Positions 14,941 through 24,498 of a stretch of DNA of 64,000 nt are shown here, piece by piece (positions within the stretch are counted from its first letter, which is position 1; every line of letters starts with the position of its first letter). The DNA is from an uncultured Candidatus Micrarchaeota archaeon (GTDB taxonomy: Archaea > Micrarchaeota > Micrarchaeia > Burarchaeales > Fermentimicrarchaeaceae): assembly GCA_963760615.1 (NCBI GenBank), contig CAVXDX010000008.1, forward strand, positions 97,459 to 161,458, read 5' to 3'. A program made the position numbers and the translations under genes. The notes below the pieces were generated by a model. That model did no database searches. It had not been told where the DNA came from and worked only from the letters and a program-made list of their open reading frames with translations.

Positions 14941-17775
14941 TCATTCAAAGAATATTGAAGGTTTCATTGGCGTTGACTGCACTGCTTTCTTCGCATGCGC
15001 TTCCTGAGCCTTCTCCTCAGGCAGCACATATACATCGGCATTCAGCTCGCTTGAGAGGAACTTCTTCGCACTTTCAAGCGCATCCATCTCCTGCCTGAGA
15101 GTTAGAACCAGTGGGGAAAGGTGACCTACGTTCTTGGTTAGCTGCTGGAGAACCCTCTGCGTTTCCTGGGGGTTGGCCCTCATCCTGTCGTCGTTCATGG
15201 CTTGCTTCATCACAACATCGAACTTCTTCTCCTTGTATGCCATGGAGTAAAGCTTCCTCTTCCATTCCGATGCGCAGTATATGTATATGTTCCTCGGGGT
15301 GACCTTGGTTATCTTCAGAATAGTCTCAATGTCATCCCTTGTTCTGGAGATGAGCTCCTCTGAGAGGTCGGCAGTTTTGTCTATTTTTGTCTCATCACAC
15401 TTGGGCCATTCTGCAATGGAGACAAAGCTGGAGTCATCCACAAACTCCTTCTTGCCGAGCTTTTCCCACATCTCCTCAGAGAAGTGCGGCATGAACGGGG
15501 TGAGCAGCAGCAGGAGGTATTCCAGGTATTCGCGAAGAACATTGCGGTTCTTCCCACCTCTCCTCAGGTACAACTTCAGCTCGCTCACGGAGCTGTATAA
15601 TGCCTCCTGCGCAATGTCGCGCAGCTCCAGCTTCCTGTAGAGCTCTTCCGATGCTTTTACCTTCCCGTGCATCGCTGAGAGAAGCCATCGGTCAACTGCA
15701 TTGCCCTCCTGCGTGAATTCATTGCATCTTTCAACCAGAGTGGCAATGAAGCTCATCCTTGAAGCTATGCCCTCCGCCATGGTGGAGTTGAAGTCTGCAT
15801 CCTGCGAGAGGTCCGCACCGGAGACAACAGAGAAGCGCACAACGTCCGTGCCGTATTTCTTTATGGCCTCCCTGAGCGGGAGTATGTTGCCCATGCTCTT
15901 GCTCATCTTCTTGCCTTCCATGAGCACGAAGCCGTTTGTCGCTATCTGCCTGGGCCACAGCTCAGGAGGGAATATGGCAACGTGGTTGAAAAGGAAAAAT
16001 GTGAGGTGGTTGTGAATCAAGTCTCCTGCAGAGTGCCTTGAGTCGAGCGGATACCAGTAAAGGAACTCCTCCCTCATCCTGTTGAGGAGCTGCTCATCGA
16101 TTCCTGATGTAAAGGAGAGCTTCTTGGAATCGCCCTTTCCAAGGAGAACGCAATCGAAGAACTCCGGGGAGAGCTTCTCTGCATCCACATTCTTGAGGTA
16201 GTGCGAGATTGTGTAGAATGCCATGTATATAGTGGAGTCTGAGAGTGATTCGATTATCTGTTTCTTGTCGAACGGGAAGGGTGTGCCAAGCCCGCTAGCC
16301 CTCACGCATGCTTTTTCCTTGAGCCAGTCAATTGTGTACTCGTACTCAACAACTGTCTTTTCCGGTATTATGTTAACCTGTTTCAGGCATTCCTTCACCT
16401 GCTCTTTCCATTGTTCATCTCCGTAGTTGATGAACCACTGTCCCTCAACCCTCTTGACGACGCAGAGAGTGCCGCATCTGCAGTATACAGGGCCGTTTAT
16501 TATGTCGTATATGAGAAGTGCTTTTCCCTCTGCAAGCATATCCTGCTTTATCTTCTCCTTTGCAATGAGCGCCCTTTCTCCCCTGTACTTGCCGAGCATC
16601 ATCCTTCCTCCATGCGCCTCCGCCCTGTAGAGCTCCTCTGTTGCCTGCGCAGCCTTGGGATCCTTCTGGTTCGCAACCTCAAGCCTCTCTGAAATCTCCC
16701 TAGCTGGATATTTCCCATAACCACTAAGCTCTATAACCTGAATCATTCTATCCGAGTAGCTCTCAAAGGAAGTCTCCTTCAAATCCCTCAAAGCGAGGAA
16801 GTCGTAAGGTGCGTGGGCTGGCACGCTCATCACAACCCCGGAGCCGTTCCTGGGGTCAACGAAGTCGGCAGGCAGTATGGGTATCTCTTCCCCGGTCATT
16901 GGGTTTTTGCAGGTCCTGCCTATGAGCTCTACTGCCCTCATCTGCTCCTTCACCTCAAGCTTCATCTGGTGCTTCATTTTCTCAGCCGCGTCAGAAGAAA
17001 CAATATAACTCTCCCCATTGCTCTCAACTCTGACATAATTCACTGCAGGGTTCACCCATAGGTTTGTCACACCGTATATTGTTTCAGGCCTAAAAGTGGC
17101 AGTGAGCAGGTAGTAGTTCCCAAATTTGAATTTTATGAGCACATACTCGTCAATGTTGGGGTCCACATCGCCTTGTGTATCGTGGGAGCCCACTGCATTG
17201 TTATCCTTGGGGCACCAGGGGACAGGATGGCTGCCCTTCGTGAGATAGCCTTTCTCGTTCAGCTTCATGAACTGCCACTCTATGAACTTGTTGAACATCT
17301 TGTCATAGGTATAGAACTTCCTCCTCCAGTCTATGGAGAAGCCCATCTCCCTCATGCCAAGCTCGATTTCCCTGCTGAAGTAATCAACAAGCTTCTCGGG
17401 AGTATTCAACTGTGAGATGATATGCTCGGGAATGTTGTAGATGTTCTTGAAAATCTCGCATATCTCCTTGTCTCCTTCCGCAATTCTCTTAGCCATGGCA
17501 AGCACAGGCGTGCCAGTGACATGGAAGCCCATTGGGAAGAGCACGTTATACCCCTTCATCCTCATGAAGCGCGCGTAGACATCTGTTGTTGTATATGTTC
17601 TTGCATGCCCTATGTGCTGCGGTGAGTTGGGGTAGGGAAAGGCAGCCGTGAGGAAGAACTTCCTCACCTCACTTACATCTGGCTCGAAAATCTTGGCATC
17701 TGCCCATCTCTTCTGCCATTTCTGCTCAATCTCATGGAATTCCATGGGTACCACATAGTTATTTGCAGGGAGCAT
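14941..17775 (-). CDS. leuS: leucyl-tRNA synthetase (archaeal type)
   Basis: 944 aa; HIGH-region variant PYPNSPQHIGHARTY, KMSKS, CP1 editing domain. Confidence 0.85.
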   Translation of the reverse strand: MLPANNYVVPMEFHEIEQKWQKRWADAKIFEPDVSEVRKFFLTAAFPYPNSPQHIGHARTYTTTDVYARFMRMKGYNVLFPMGFHVTGTPVLAMAKRIAEGDKEICEIFKNIYNIPEHIISQLNTPEKLVDYFSREIELGMREMGFSIDWRRKFYTYDKMFNKFIEWQFMKLNEKGYLTKGSHPVPWCPKDNNAVGSHDTQGDVDPNIDEYVLIKFKFGNYYLLTATFRPETIYGVTNLWVNPAVNYVRVESNGESYIVSSDAAEKMKHQMKLEVKEQMRAVELIGRTCKNPMTGEEIPILPADFVDPRNGSGVVMSVPAHAPYDFLALRDLKETSFESYSDRMIQVIELSGYGKYPAREISERLEVANQKDPKAAQATEELYRAEAHGGRMMLGKYRGERALIAKEKIKQDMLAEGKALLIYDIINGPVYCRCGTLCVVKRVEGQWFINYGDEQWKEQVKECLKQVNIIPEKTVVEYEYTIDWLKEKACVRASGLGTPFPFDKKQIIESLSDSTIYMAFYTISHYLKNVDAEKLSPEFFDCVLLGKGDSKKLSFTSGIDEQLLNRMREEFLYWYPLDSRHSAGDLIHNHLTFFLFNHVAIFPPELWPRQIATNGFVLMEGKKMSKSMGNILPLREAIKKYGTDVVRFSVVSGADLSQDADFNSTMAEGIASRMSFIATLVERCNEFTQEGNAVDRWLLSAMHGKVKASEELYRKLELRDIAQEALYSSVSELKLYLRRGGKNRNVLREYLEYLLLLLTPFMPHFSEEMWEKLGKKEFVDDSSFVSIAEWPKCDETKIDKTADLSEELISRTRDDIETILKITKVTPRNIYIYCASEWKRKLYSMAYKEKKFDVVMKQAMNDDRMRANPQETQRVLQQLTKNVGHLSPLVLTLRQEMDALESAKKFLSSELNADVYVLPEEKAQEAHAKKAVQSTPMKPSIFFE

Positions 17776-17783
17776 TTAATAAT

Positions 17784-18686
17784 TTATAGAAAAGCGCTGC
17801 AGAAGCTCCAGAAGTTCTCCCCAAGAGTCTGGGCGTAGTAGCCTCCTTCAAGCACTGCAAATGTTCTTGCTCCGAGCTTCTCTGCCTGCTTTCTTATCAT
17901 GCTTCCTATTTTTTTGTATGTTGCGCTGTCCCGTATGTCTATTGCATTCCCGCAGGAGTAGTCCTTGTAGAAGGTGTCAAAGCCGACGCTCACTCCTATG
18001 AGCTGTGGCTTGAATTCCTCTGAGTATTTTGGGAAATTTCCTTCAAAAATTTTGAGGTATTCTGCATCGGTTGTTTCCGGCTGCAGGACTACATTTTTTA
18101 TGTGCTTGTTATTCTCACGCTCAAAGCCCGAACTCCACGGGAAGCATGTATTTGGGTCTTGGTGGAAGGAGAGGTAGAAAACCCTCTTGTCGTTGTAGAA
18201 TATATCCTGCGTTCCGTTGCCGTGGTGCTGGTCTATGTCAACAATCATTGCGCTCTCTGTTTTTGTTGCAATAACCGACGCAACAGCAAATGCAATATTA
18301 TTCAAATAGCAGAAGCCCCCGAATGCATTCCTGCTTGCGTGGTGCCCCGGAGGCCTGATGAGGGCAAAAGAGAAGCCCTTTTCAGAGTTTTCCGCAGCCT
18401 TGAGAGCCCCGCCCGCAGCAAGCTTGGCGATGTTGAATGTATTGCTTGAGAATGGGTTGTCGCCCCCTCCCTGCTGCATGTCTGAGAGGAATTTCAGCCT
18501 CTCAATATACTCTTCATCATGCACAATATAGAGGTCCCTTATCGGCAATTTCCTTGGGCTTATCAAAGGTTACTGGAAGGTTATTCTCCTTCAGGTATTT
18601 GACTATTGCAATGAGCCTCTGCGGGTTTTCGGGGTGGCCTGCCCCAGTTTCATGCTCCAGGAATCTATCGGAATAGACGATTTTCA
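17784..18686 (-). pseudogene. histone deacetylase-family protein (AcuC/HDAC-like) with one frameshift
   Basis: Main frame (17784..18566) has RPPGHHA and DIDQHHGNG; N-terminus MKIVYSDRFLEHETGAGHPENPQRL is in another frame (18686 down to ~18540), requiring a 1-nt indel near 18545. Confidence 0.6.
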
Positions 18687-18732
18687 TAAAACCACAATGC
18701 CAAAGCTGCGCTTCACATGCTAGGCTGGCCTT

Positions 18733-18876
18733 TTAATCTTCCTCTTCTTCCTCCTCTTCCTCTTCTTCCGCCTCTGCGTCTTCTTCCTCGTGCTCTTTCT
18801 CTTCCTCGTCCTTCCCGGTCTCTTCATCCTCTTTTGCTCTGAAGCCGCATTCCCAGATTATAAGTTGTTCATTCAT
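18733..18876 (-). CDS. small ORF with poly-Glu/Asp tail (47 aa)
   Basis: MNEQLIIWECGFRAKEDEE... then E/D-rich tail; codon repetition could also be non-coding. Confidence 0.2.
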   Translation of the reverse strand: MNEQLIIWECGFRAKEDEETGKDEEEKEHEEEDAEAEEEEEEEEEED

Positions 18877-18899
18877 ATTCACCACCAATCAAATACCAG

Positions 18900-18986
18900 C
18901 GCCAGGGGTGAGATTTGAACTCACACTCCCCGTAAGGGGAACCAGATCTCAAGTCTGGCGCATTGACCAGATTCTGCCACCCTGGC
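18900..18986 (-). tRNA. tRNA-Ser (anticodon TGA)
   Basis: Cloverleaf by eye: acceptor GCCAGGG/CCCTGGC, anticodon loop CTTGAGA, long variable arm, T-arm GTGAG-TTCAAAT-CTCAC. Confidence 0.8.
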
Positions 18987-19042
18987 ACGGAGTATATTCT
19001 CTCCGCTCACCTTTAAAAAGCATTTCAATTTGAAAAGAAGAA

Positions 19043-19348
19043 TCACTCAAGACTTATCTCAATGTGAACAGTGTCAGGCACCCTGACCCTCATAATCTGC
19101 CTCAGAATCCGCTCATCACCAACAACGTCAATCACCCTCTTCCTTATCCTCATCTCCCAGTGCTCATACGTGTCTGAGCCATCCCCGCATGGAGTCCTTC
19201 TCGTAGTGATTTTCAATCTCTTTGTGGGAAGAGGAATTGGGCCTCTCATCTCAACGCCCGCGGTCTTAGTGATGTCCCTTATCTGGTTGCAGACATCGTC
19301 AAGCTCCCTTGGGTCCTTGCCTATGAGTTTTATTCTCGCGCGGGTCAT
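19043..19348 (-). CDS. rps10: 30S ribosomal protein S10 (uS10)
   Basis: 101 aa; RIRL...ELD..IPLPT..K..TVLRSPH-like S10 sequence; canonical position downstream of EF-1alpha. Confidence 0.85.
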   Translation of the reverse strand: MTRARIKLIGKDPRELDDVCNQIRDITKTAGVEMRGPIPLPTKRLKITTRRTPCGDGSDTYEHWEMRIRKRVIDVVGDERILRQIMRVRVPDTVHIEISLE

Positions 19349-19408
19349 GTGTTGGCACCTTTGTTTGTTCTCATCAGGTCATGATGAGAGACAGAAGGAA
19401 AAAAGAAA

Positions 19409-20677
19409 TCAAGCAACTTTCGAAACCTCCAGAACAACTCCAGCGGCAACTGTCTGCCCCATGTCTCTTATGGCAAACCTCCCCAGCTGCGGGAACTCGT
19501 TGAACTTCTCCACAACAAGGGGCCTCAGTGGTTTCACCTTCACTACGGCAACATCTCCGGTCTTGATGAAGTCCGGGTTCTTCTGCATTGTCTGGCCCGT
19601 CTTGGGATCCTTCTTCTCCAGTATATCTGTTATCGTGCATGCCATCTGCGCAGTATGTATGTGGAAGACTGGCGTGTATCCCTTGGCTATTGCCGTTGGG
19701 TGCTCCAGCACCACTATGTTCGCAGTGAACTCCTGCACAACTGTTGGCGGGTTGCTCGCAGGTCCTGCCACCTCTCCTCTCTTCAAATCCTTCTTGTCAA
19801 CTCCCTTAACATTAAAGCCTACATTGTCTCCGGGCTTTGCCTCTGTGAGAGGCTGGTGGTGCATCTCTATGCTCTTCACCTCTCCCTTTGCACCAGACGG
19901 CATGAAGACAATGACGTCGCCCGGCCTCATCACGCCTGTCTCAACTCTTCCCACTGGCACCGTGCCGTGGCCGGTTATTGTGAATACATCCTGGACAGGA
20001 AGCCTCAGCGGCTTGTCAAGCGGCTTTGCGGGAACCGTGAATTTGTCGAATGCCTCAACAAGAGTTGGACCTTTGTACCAGTCCATCTTCCCCGTCTTCT
20101 TCACAACATTCTCCCCCTCGTATGCAGAGTAGGGAATGAACTGCACAGTTTCCATCTTGTAGCCTATATTCTTCAGCAGTGTGGTGATCTGGTTCTTCAA
20201 ATCCTCGAACTTTACCCTGTCGTAGCCCACGCTGTCCATCTTGTTGATTCCAACCACAATCTGCTGTATGCCTAGCACCTTTGCAAGGAACGCATGCTCC
20301 TTTGTCTGGGGCTGGATGCCCTCCTTGCATGAAACGACAAGCGTTGCGGCATCTGCCTGCGAAGCGCCTGTAATCATGTTCTTCACAAAGTCCCTGTGGC
20401 CTGGCGCATCAATTATTGTGAAATAGTACTTGGGAGTCTGGAACTCCTTGTGCGCAACGTCTATGGTGACTCCTCTCTCCCTCTCCTCCTTGAGCTGGTC
20501 CATGGCAAATGCAAATTCAAATGTAGGCTTTCCTACTTTCTCAGCCTCTTCCTTCAGCTTCTTCAAGTCCTGCTCGCTCAATGCGCCAGTGTCATACAGG
20601 ATTCTTCCGACTGACGTGGATTTACCGTGGTCAACATGCCCTATGAAGACCAAGTTTAGGTGTTCTTTTTCGGCCAT
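19409..20677 (-). CDS. tuf: elongation factor 1-alpha
   Basis: 422 aa; [21 protein letters not shown], three-domain EF-Tu fold. Confidence 0.9.
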   Translation of the reverse strand: MAEKEHLNLVFIGHVDHGKSTSVGRILYDTGALSEQDLKKLKEEAEKVGKPTFEFAFAMDQLKEERERGVTIDVAHKEFQTPKYYFTIIDAPGHRDFVKNMITGASQADAATLVVSCKEGIQPQTKEHAFLAKVLGIQQIVVGINKMDSVGYDRVKFEDLKNQITTLLKNIGYKMETVQFIPYSAYEGENVVKKTGKMDWYKGPTLVEAFDKFTVPAKPLDKPLRLPVQDVFTITGHGTVPVGRVETGVMRPGDVIVFMPSGAKGEVKSIEMHHQPLTEAKPGDNVGFNVKGVDKKDLKRGEVAGPASNPPTVVQEFTANIVVLEHPTAIAKGYTPVFHIHTAQMACTITDILEKKDPKTGQTMQKNPDFIKTGDVAVVKVKPLRPLVVEKFNEFPQLGRFAIRDMGQTVAAGVVLEVSKVA

Positions 20678-20786
20678 GATATCCCTCCAAATATTTTACC
20701 GTCTGTAAATATGCATCTAATACTGTAGAAGCCATATACTTCTATACCTGATTATTTTTAACCCTTTCGGAGAAAACGGGGGAAAG

Positions 20787-21659
20787 TCACCTTTTTGAGA
20801 GCTCTGATGCAACAACCCCCCCAACAGCTCCAAGAATTGCGAAGAGTATCATTGTTGCGATGAGCTTTATGAGAATGAATACTGCTGAGAGCAGGGGGTC
20901 TGTGAATGCAAGCTGCATCACGAAGTTTGCTATGTCCACACTGAGTCCAAGTGAGAGAAGGAAGTTCGTACTTGGCATTAGGATGATGTCATGCAAAAGC
21001 ACTGAATAGATTATATTGAATGCAGTTGCGATGAGCGCTGCGAATACTCCGCTTATTGCCCCCACCCTAATAGCATCATTTCTGCCAATGTAGCCGGTAC
21101 CATACTCGTCAATCCTCAGCCTAAGCAGGTATGTGGAAAGGGCGCCTCCAATAGCGCTCCAGAACATCAGCAGGTTTATGAAAGGCAACCCCATCATGAA
21201 TCCGCCGAATATACCGCCAACAAGGGTTGAGCTGACCGTCTCTGAAGGCTTCACGGAGAGCTCTACTTTGGCAAGCGGTATGTGTTTCTCCTCCACCTCG
21301 ACAGTGGGGCGCATCTCCTCATACTTTCTCTGCGGAACCTCAACAACTGCAGGTTCCGGGGGCTCGTAAGCTGCTCGAAGCTGCGAGGAGCACAGCCTGC
21401 AGTAAAGCTTTCCCTCCTTTTCAATGGCGCATGATTCGCATATGGGTCTTCCGCATGACGAGCACAGCCCGACCGCCTCAGACCTGGGGTGGTTGCGGCA
21501 CTTTATCTCCGCAAATTTTGATTTTGAAAGGCAATCCTTGCAGTAGACTTTCCCATCCTTCTCAGCGGCGCACTTTGAGCATACCCCCTTGTTGCAGGAT
21601 GAGCATATGCCAACTGCTTCCGACTTCGGGTGTTTGAAACATCTCATGTTATCCCTCAT
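20787..21659 (-). CDS. membrane protein with tandem B-box-type zinc ribbons
   Basis: Two repeats C-x-HP-x-SEAVG-x-CSSC...C-x2-C...GK-x-YC-x2-C at the N-terminus; C-terminal half has four hydrophobic helices. Confidence 0.5.
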   Translation of the reverse strand: MRDNMRCFKHPKSEAVGICSSCNKGVCSKCAAEKDGKVYCKDCLSKSKFAEIKCRNHPRSEAVGLCSSCGRPICESCAIEKEGKLYCRLCSSQLRAAYEPPEPAVVEVPQRKYEEMRPTVEVEEKHIPLAKVELSVKPSETVSSTLVGGIFGGFMMGLPFINLLMFWSAIGGALSTYLLRLRIDEYGTGYIGRNDAIRVGAISGVFAALIATAFNIIYSVLLHDIILMPSTNFLLSLGLSVDIANFVMQLAFTDPLLSAVFILIKLIATMILFAILGAVGGVVASELSKR

Positions 21660-21738
21660 ACTCTTGAATACCCTTATTTAAATTTGTAGCGGTAGGTTAG
21701 TGTTTTAAATTTGCTATATCAGAAGTATTAGAGTGCGT

Positions 21739-21813
21739 GGGCCCGTAGCGCAGCCTGGATAGCGCGGCAGTTTCCTAAACTGTAGGTCGTGGGTCCAAAT
21801 CCCACCGGGCCCG
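21739..21813 (+). tRNA. tRNA-Arg (anticodon CCT)
   Basis: Acceptor GGGCCCG/CGGGCCC, D-stem GCGC, anticodon loop TTCCTAA, T-arm GTGGG-TCCAAAT-CCCAC. Confidence 0.8.
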
Positions 21814-21823
21814 TTGTGGAAGC

Positions 21824-22489
21824 ATGAAAATTGAGGAGAAGTTTGAAGGAGTATTTGTCATAGAAGGAAGGCTTGCTACCAGGAACCTTGTAAAGGACTT
21901 CAAAGTGCACGGGGAGAGGCTCGTTTCGCTGGAGGGCGTGCAATACAGGTACTGGGATCCATACAGGAGCAAGCTTGCGGCCGCAGTAATCAAGGGGATG
22001 AAAAAAATGCCTGTGGAGAGTGGTTCGAAAGTGCTCTACCTTGGTGCTGCTGCTGGGGTGACTCCGAGTTTCATATCTGATATTGTGGGAGAAAAGGGAG
22101 TTGTTTACTGCGTGGAGTTCGCCCCGAGGAGCATGCGGGACCTTTTGTATGTGTGCGAGAAAAGGAGCAATATGCTGCCTTTGCTTGCCGATGCTAGAAA
22201 AACAGAAGAGTATGAGAAGGAGGTTGGCAAAGTTGATATTATATACGAGGATGTGGCGCAGCCTGACCAGGAGGATATAATGATCAGGAATGCCCAGAAG
22301 TTCTTGAGGAAAGGCGGCTATGCGATGCTCGCCATAAAATCGCAGAGCGTTGACGTGACTAAGCAGCCTAAGGAGGTTTATGAGAAGCTGCTGGGCAAGC
22401 TGGAGGAGCACTTTGAGATACTGGAGTGCTACGAGCTTTACCCTTTTGACAAGGATCATCTGTTTGTTTTGATGAGATATACCCAATGA
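21824..22489 (+). CDS. flpA: fibrillarin-like rRNA/tRNA 2'-O-methyltransferase
   Basis: 221 aa; VLYLGAAAGVTPSFISDIVG, VYCVEFAPR, LADAR motifs. Confidence 0.8.
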   Translation: MKIEEKFEGVFVIEGRLATRNLVKDFKVHGERLVSLEGVQYRYWDPYRSKLAAAVIKGMKKMPVESGSKVLYLGAAAGVTPSFISDIVGEKGVVYCVEFAPRSMRDLLYVCEKRSNMLPLLADARKTEEYEKEVGKVDIIYEDVAQPDQEDIMIRNAQKFLRKGGYAMLAIKSQSVDVTKQPKEVYEKLLGKLEEHFEILECYELYPFDKDHLFVLMRYTQ

Positions 22490-22502
22490 TACTGATAACA
22501 TT

Positions 22503-23836
22503 GTGACATGCTCCACCCCTAAAGGGTGTGGGCTTCCTGCTTCACAGACGTTGCTACTGCAACATCTCTCTCCTTTTGCAAGGAATTGCAGGCGTTACTT
22601 CCCCCTTGCCCAGGGGTAGCTCTCATGAGTATATTGCGTGCAGCATTCAAGTCTCTGTCTATTAACAAACCACAATTGGGGCAGGCATATATCCTGTCTC
22701 CGAGACTCAAGTCGTCCCTGATGTTTCCGCACCTGCTGCACATCTTTGAGGTATTTTCAGGGTCTACAAACACCACTCTGCATCCAGCTCCCTCCGCCTT
22801 GTATGCAAGCATGTTTGCAAACATACTCCATCCTGCATCATTGATGAACTTGCCGTAATGCTGCTCTGACATTTCTTTTGAGGCAAGTCTTTCTGATGCT
22901 ATGAAGGAATAATCATTCACCAAATCAGTTGTTGCCTTATGTAAGAAGTCTCTTCTTGTGTTGGCCACCTTCTCATGCAGTTTTGCTACTCTTACCTTTG
23001 CCTTCTTTCTGTTGCCGCTTCCTTTCTTTTTCTTCGAGAACTTTCTTTGTATGAAGGCAAGCCTATCCTCATGCTTCATGAGGTGTCTTGGGTTTTTTAT
23101 CATTTTGCCATTTGAGAGAGTTGCAAATGTCTTCAATCCCAGGTCTATACCTACTGCCTCTCCCCCGTTTTCTCGTGGAATCTTTCCAAGTGTCTCAACA
23201 GTGAAAATAGCAAACCATTTTCCTGAAGACTCTCTTTTCAGAGTCAGGGTTTTGATTCTGCCTTTTATCTCTCTGTGCTTATTTACTGCAATCTCACCAA
23301 AAGGAGTCACTGTGAGTTTCTTATCCAGAGAGAAGCCAGACCCATACTGCGGATAGTACAAGCTCTTCATCCTGTCAATTGATTTGAAGCGAGGGAAACC
23401 ACATTCCACTCCTTTTCTTCTCAGCTTGAAAACTCTCGTTACTGAATTATAAACTCTATGTGCAATCTCCTGCTGGGTTTGGGAATAGAGACCACACTCT
23501 TTTACCATCAGCTGTAGCGTATTCTTAGTTGGGAAGTAGCCAAAGTCTTTGTAGGTTTGTTTGCAGTGCTCCAGAAGCTCATTCCACATGTTCTTTGCTA
23601 TCCAAATATGCTGAAACATCTCCTTCTCCTGCTTCTTTGAGGGATATATCCTGAATTTGTAGGCTCTCATAGACGTTATTTATGTCTATTTTTCCCTTTA
23701 TAAACCTCTGGGAGGGGTAACTTTCCAGTGAAAGTTATATATACTGGAAGAGCTAAATTTTCCCTTATGGTTCGCTTTCATCCCACCCTTAAAAGGTGTG
23801 GGATTTCCCGCTCACGTTGTTAAATAATAGAATGTA
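22503..23836 (-). mobile_element. IS200/IS605-family TnpB-only insertion sequence (IS1341-like, non-autonomous)
   Basis: tnpB ORF flanked by two similar ~40-nt hairpin segments in the same orientation (22511-22553 and 23772-23815); TTAC on the tnpB strand next to the left end (~23833); no tnpA. Confidence 0.6.
22519..23670 (-). CDS. tnpB: TnpB (IS605 OrfB) RNA-guided endonuclease
   Basis: 383 aa; MRAYKFRIYP N-terminus, RuvC-like blocks, C-terminal CSRCG...CPNCG zinc finger. Confidence 0.85.
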   Translation of the reverse strand: MRAYKFRIYPSKKQEKEMFQHIWIAKNMWNELLEHCKQTYKDFGYFPTKNTLQLMVKECGLYSQTQQEIAHRVYNSVTRVFKLRRKGVECGFPRFKSIDRMKSLYYPQYGSGFSLDKKLTVTPFGEIAVNKHREIKGRIKTLTLKRESSGKWFAIFTVETLGKIPRENGGEAVGIDLGLKTFATLSNGKMIKNPRHLMKHEDRLAFIQRKFSKKKKGSGNRKKAKVRVAKLHEKVANTRRDFLHKATTDLVNDYSFIASERLASKEMSEQHYGKFINDAGWSMFANMLAYKAEGAGCRVVFVDPENTSKMCSRCGNIRDDLSLGDRIYACPNCGLLIDRDLNAARNILMRATPGQGGSNACNSLQKERDVAVATSVKQEAHTL

Positions 23837-23855
23837 AAATATTTACGATGAGCTT

Positions 23856-24440
23856 ATGGCTGAGAAGGATACTCCTTTGAAAGAGGATGGAATAAAGCGC
23901 AAGATAAGGGATTTTGTGGCTAGAGTTACGATACTGGGGCTGCACACCTCGATAAGCGATATAGCAAACAGAATAGTTAAGAGCATCGGGGTTATGGATG
24001 AGAAATGGAGCAAGTACACCACAATCGAACTCCATAACGGTTTGAATAAGGACTTCTACAAAGCAGTTCCGAAGAAGGACAGAGTAGTATTCATACCGCA
24101 CTGCCTCAGGAACATAAAGGAGTGCAAGATGCCCATAGACGAGGATGGCTACCACTGCCTGAGATGCGGCAAGTGTGTGATAAATGACATTGTCAAGGAG
24201 TGCGATAAAAATAACATGAAGTATTTTATAGTCGGGGGAGGTTCCCAGGTCATCAACATAGTCAACAAGCACAAGCCAAAAGCATTTCTTGGCATAGCCT
24301 GCTTCAACGAGCTTCAGATGGCTGTGGAGAAGCTGGGGGGAGGCTCCAAATTCCCTGGGCAGGGTGTCATGCTGAAGAAGGACGGGTGCGTGAATACTGA
24401 AGTGGATATTACTGAAGTTAAAGAGAAAATAAACATGTAG
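23856..24440 (+). CDS. DUF116-family protein
   Basis: 194 aa; FIPHCLR...C...CLRCGKC Cys pattern typical of DUF116. Confidence 0.5.
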   Translation: MAEKDTPLKEDGIKRKIRDFVARVTILGLHTSISDIANRIVKSIGVMDEKWSKYTTIELHNGLNKDFYKAVPKKDRVVFIPHCLRNIKECKMPIDEDGYHCLRCGKCVINDIVKECDKNNMKYFIVGGGSQVINIVNKHKPKAFLGIACFNELQMAVEKLGGGSKFPGQGVMLKKDGCVNTEVDITEVKEKINM

Positions 24441-24498
24441 CTTCTTCTTGCTGACTTGCTTTCTCTGTGGGCATTACCCACCCCAAACCCGGGAAAGC

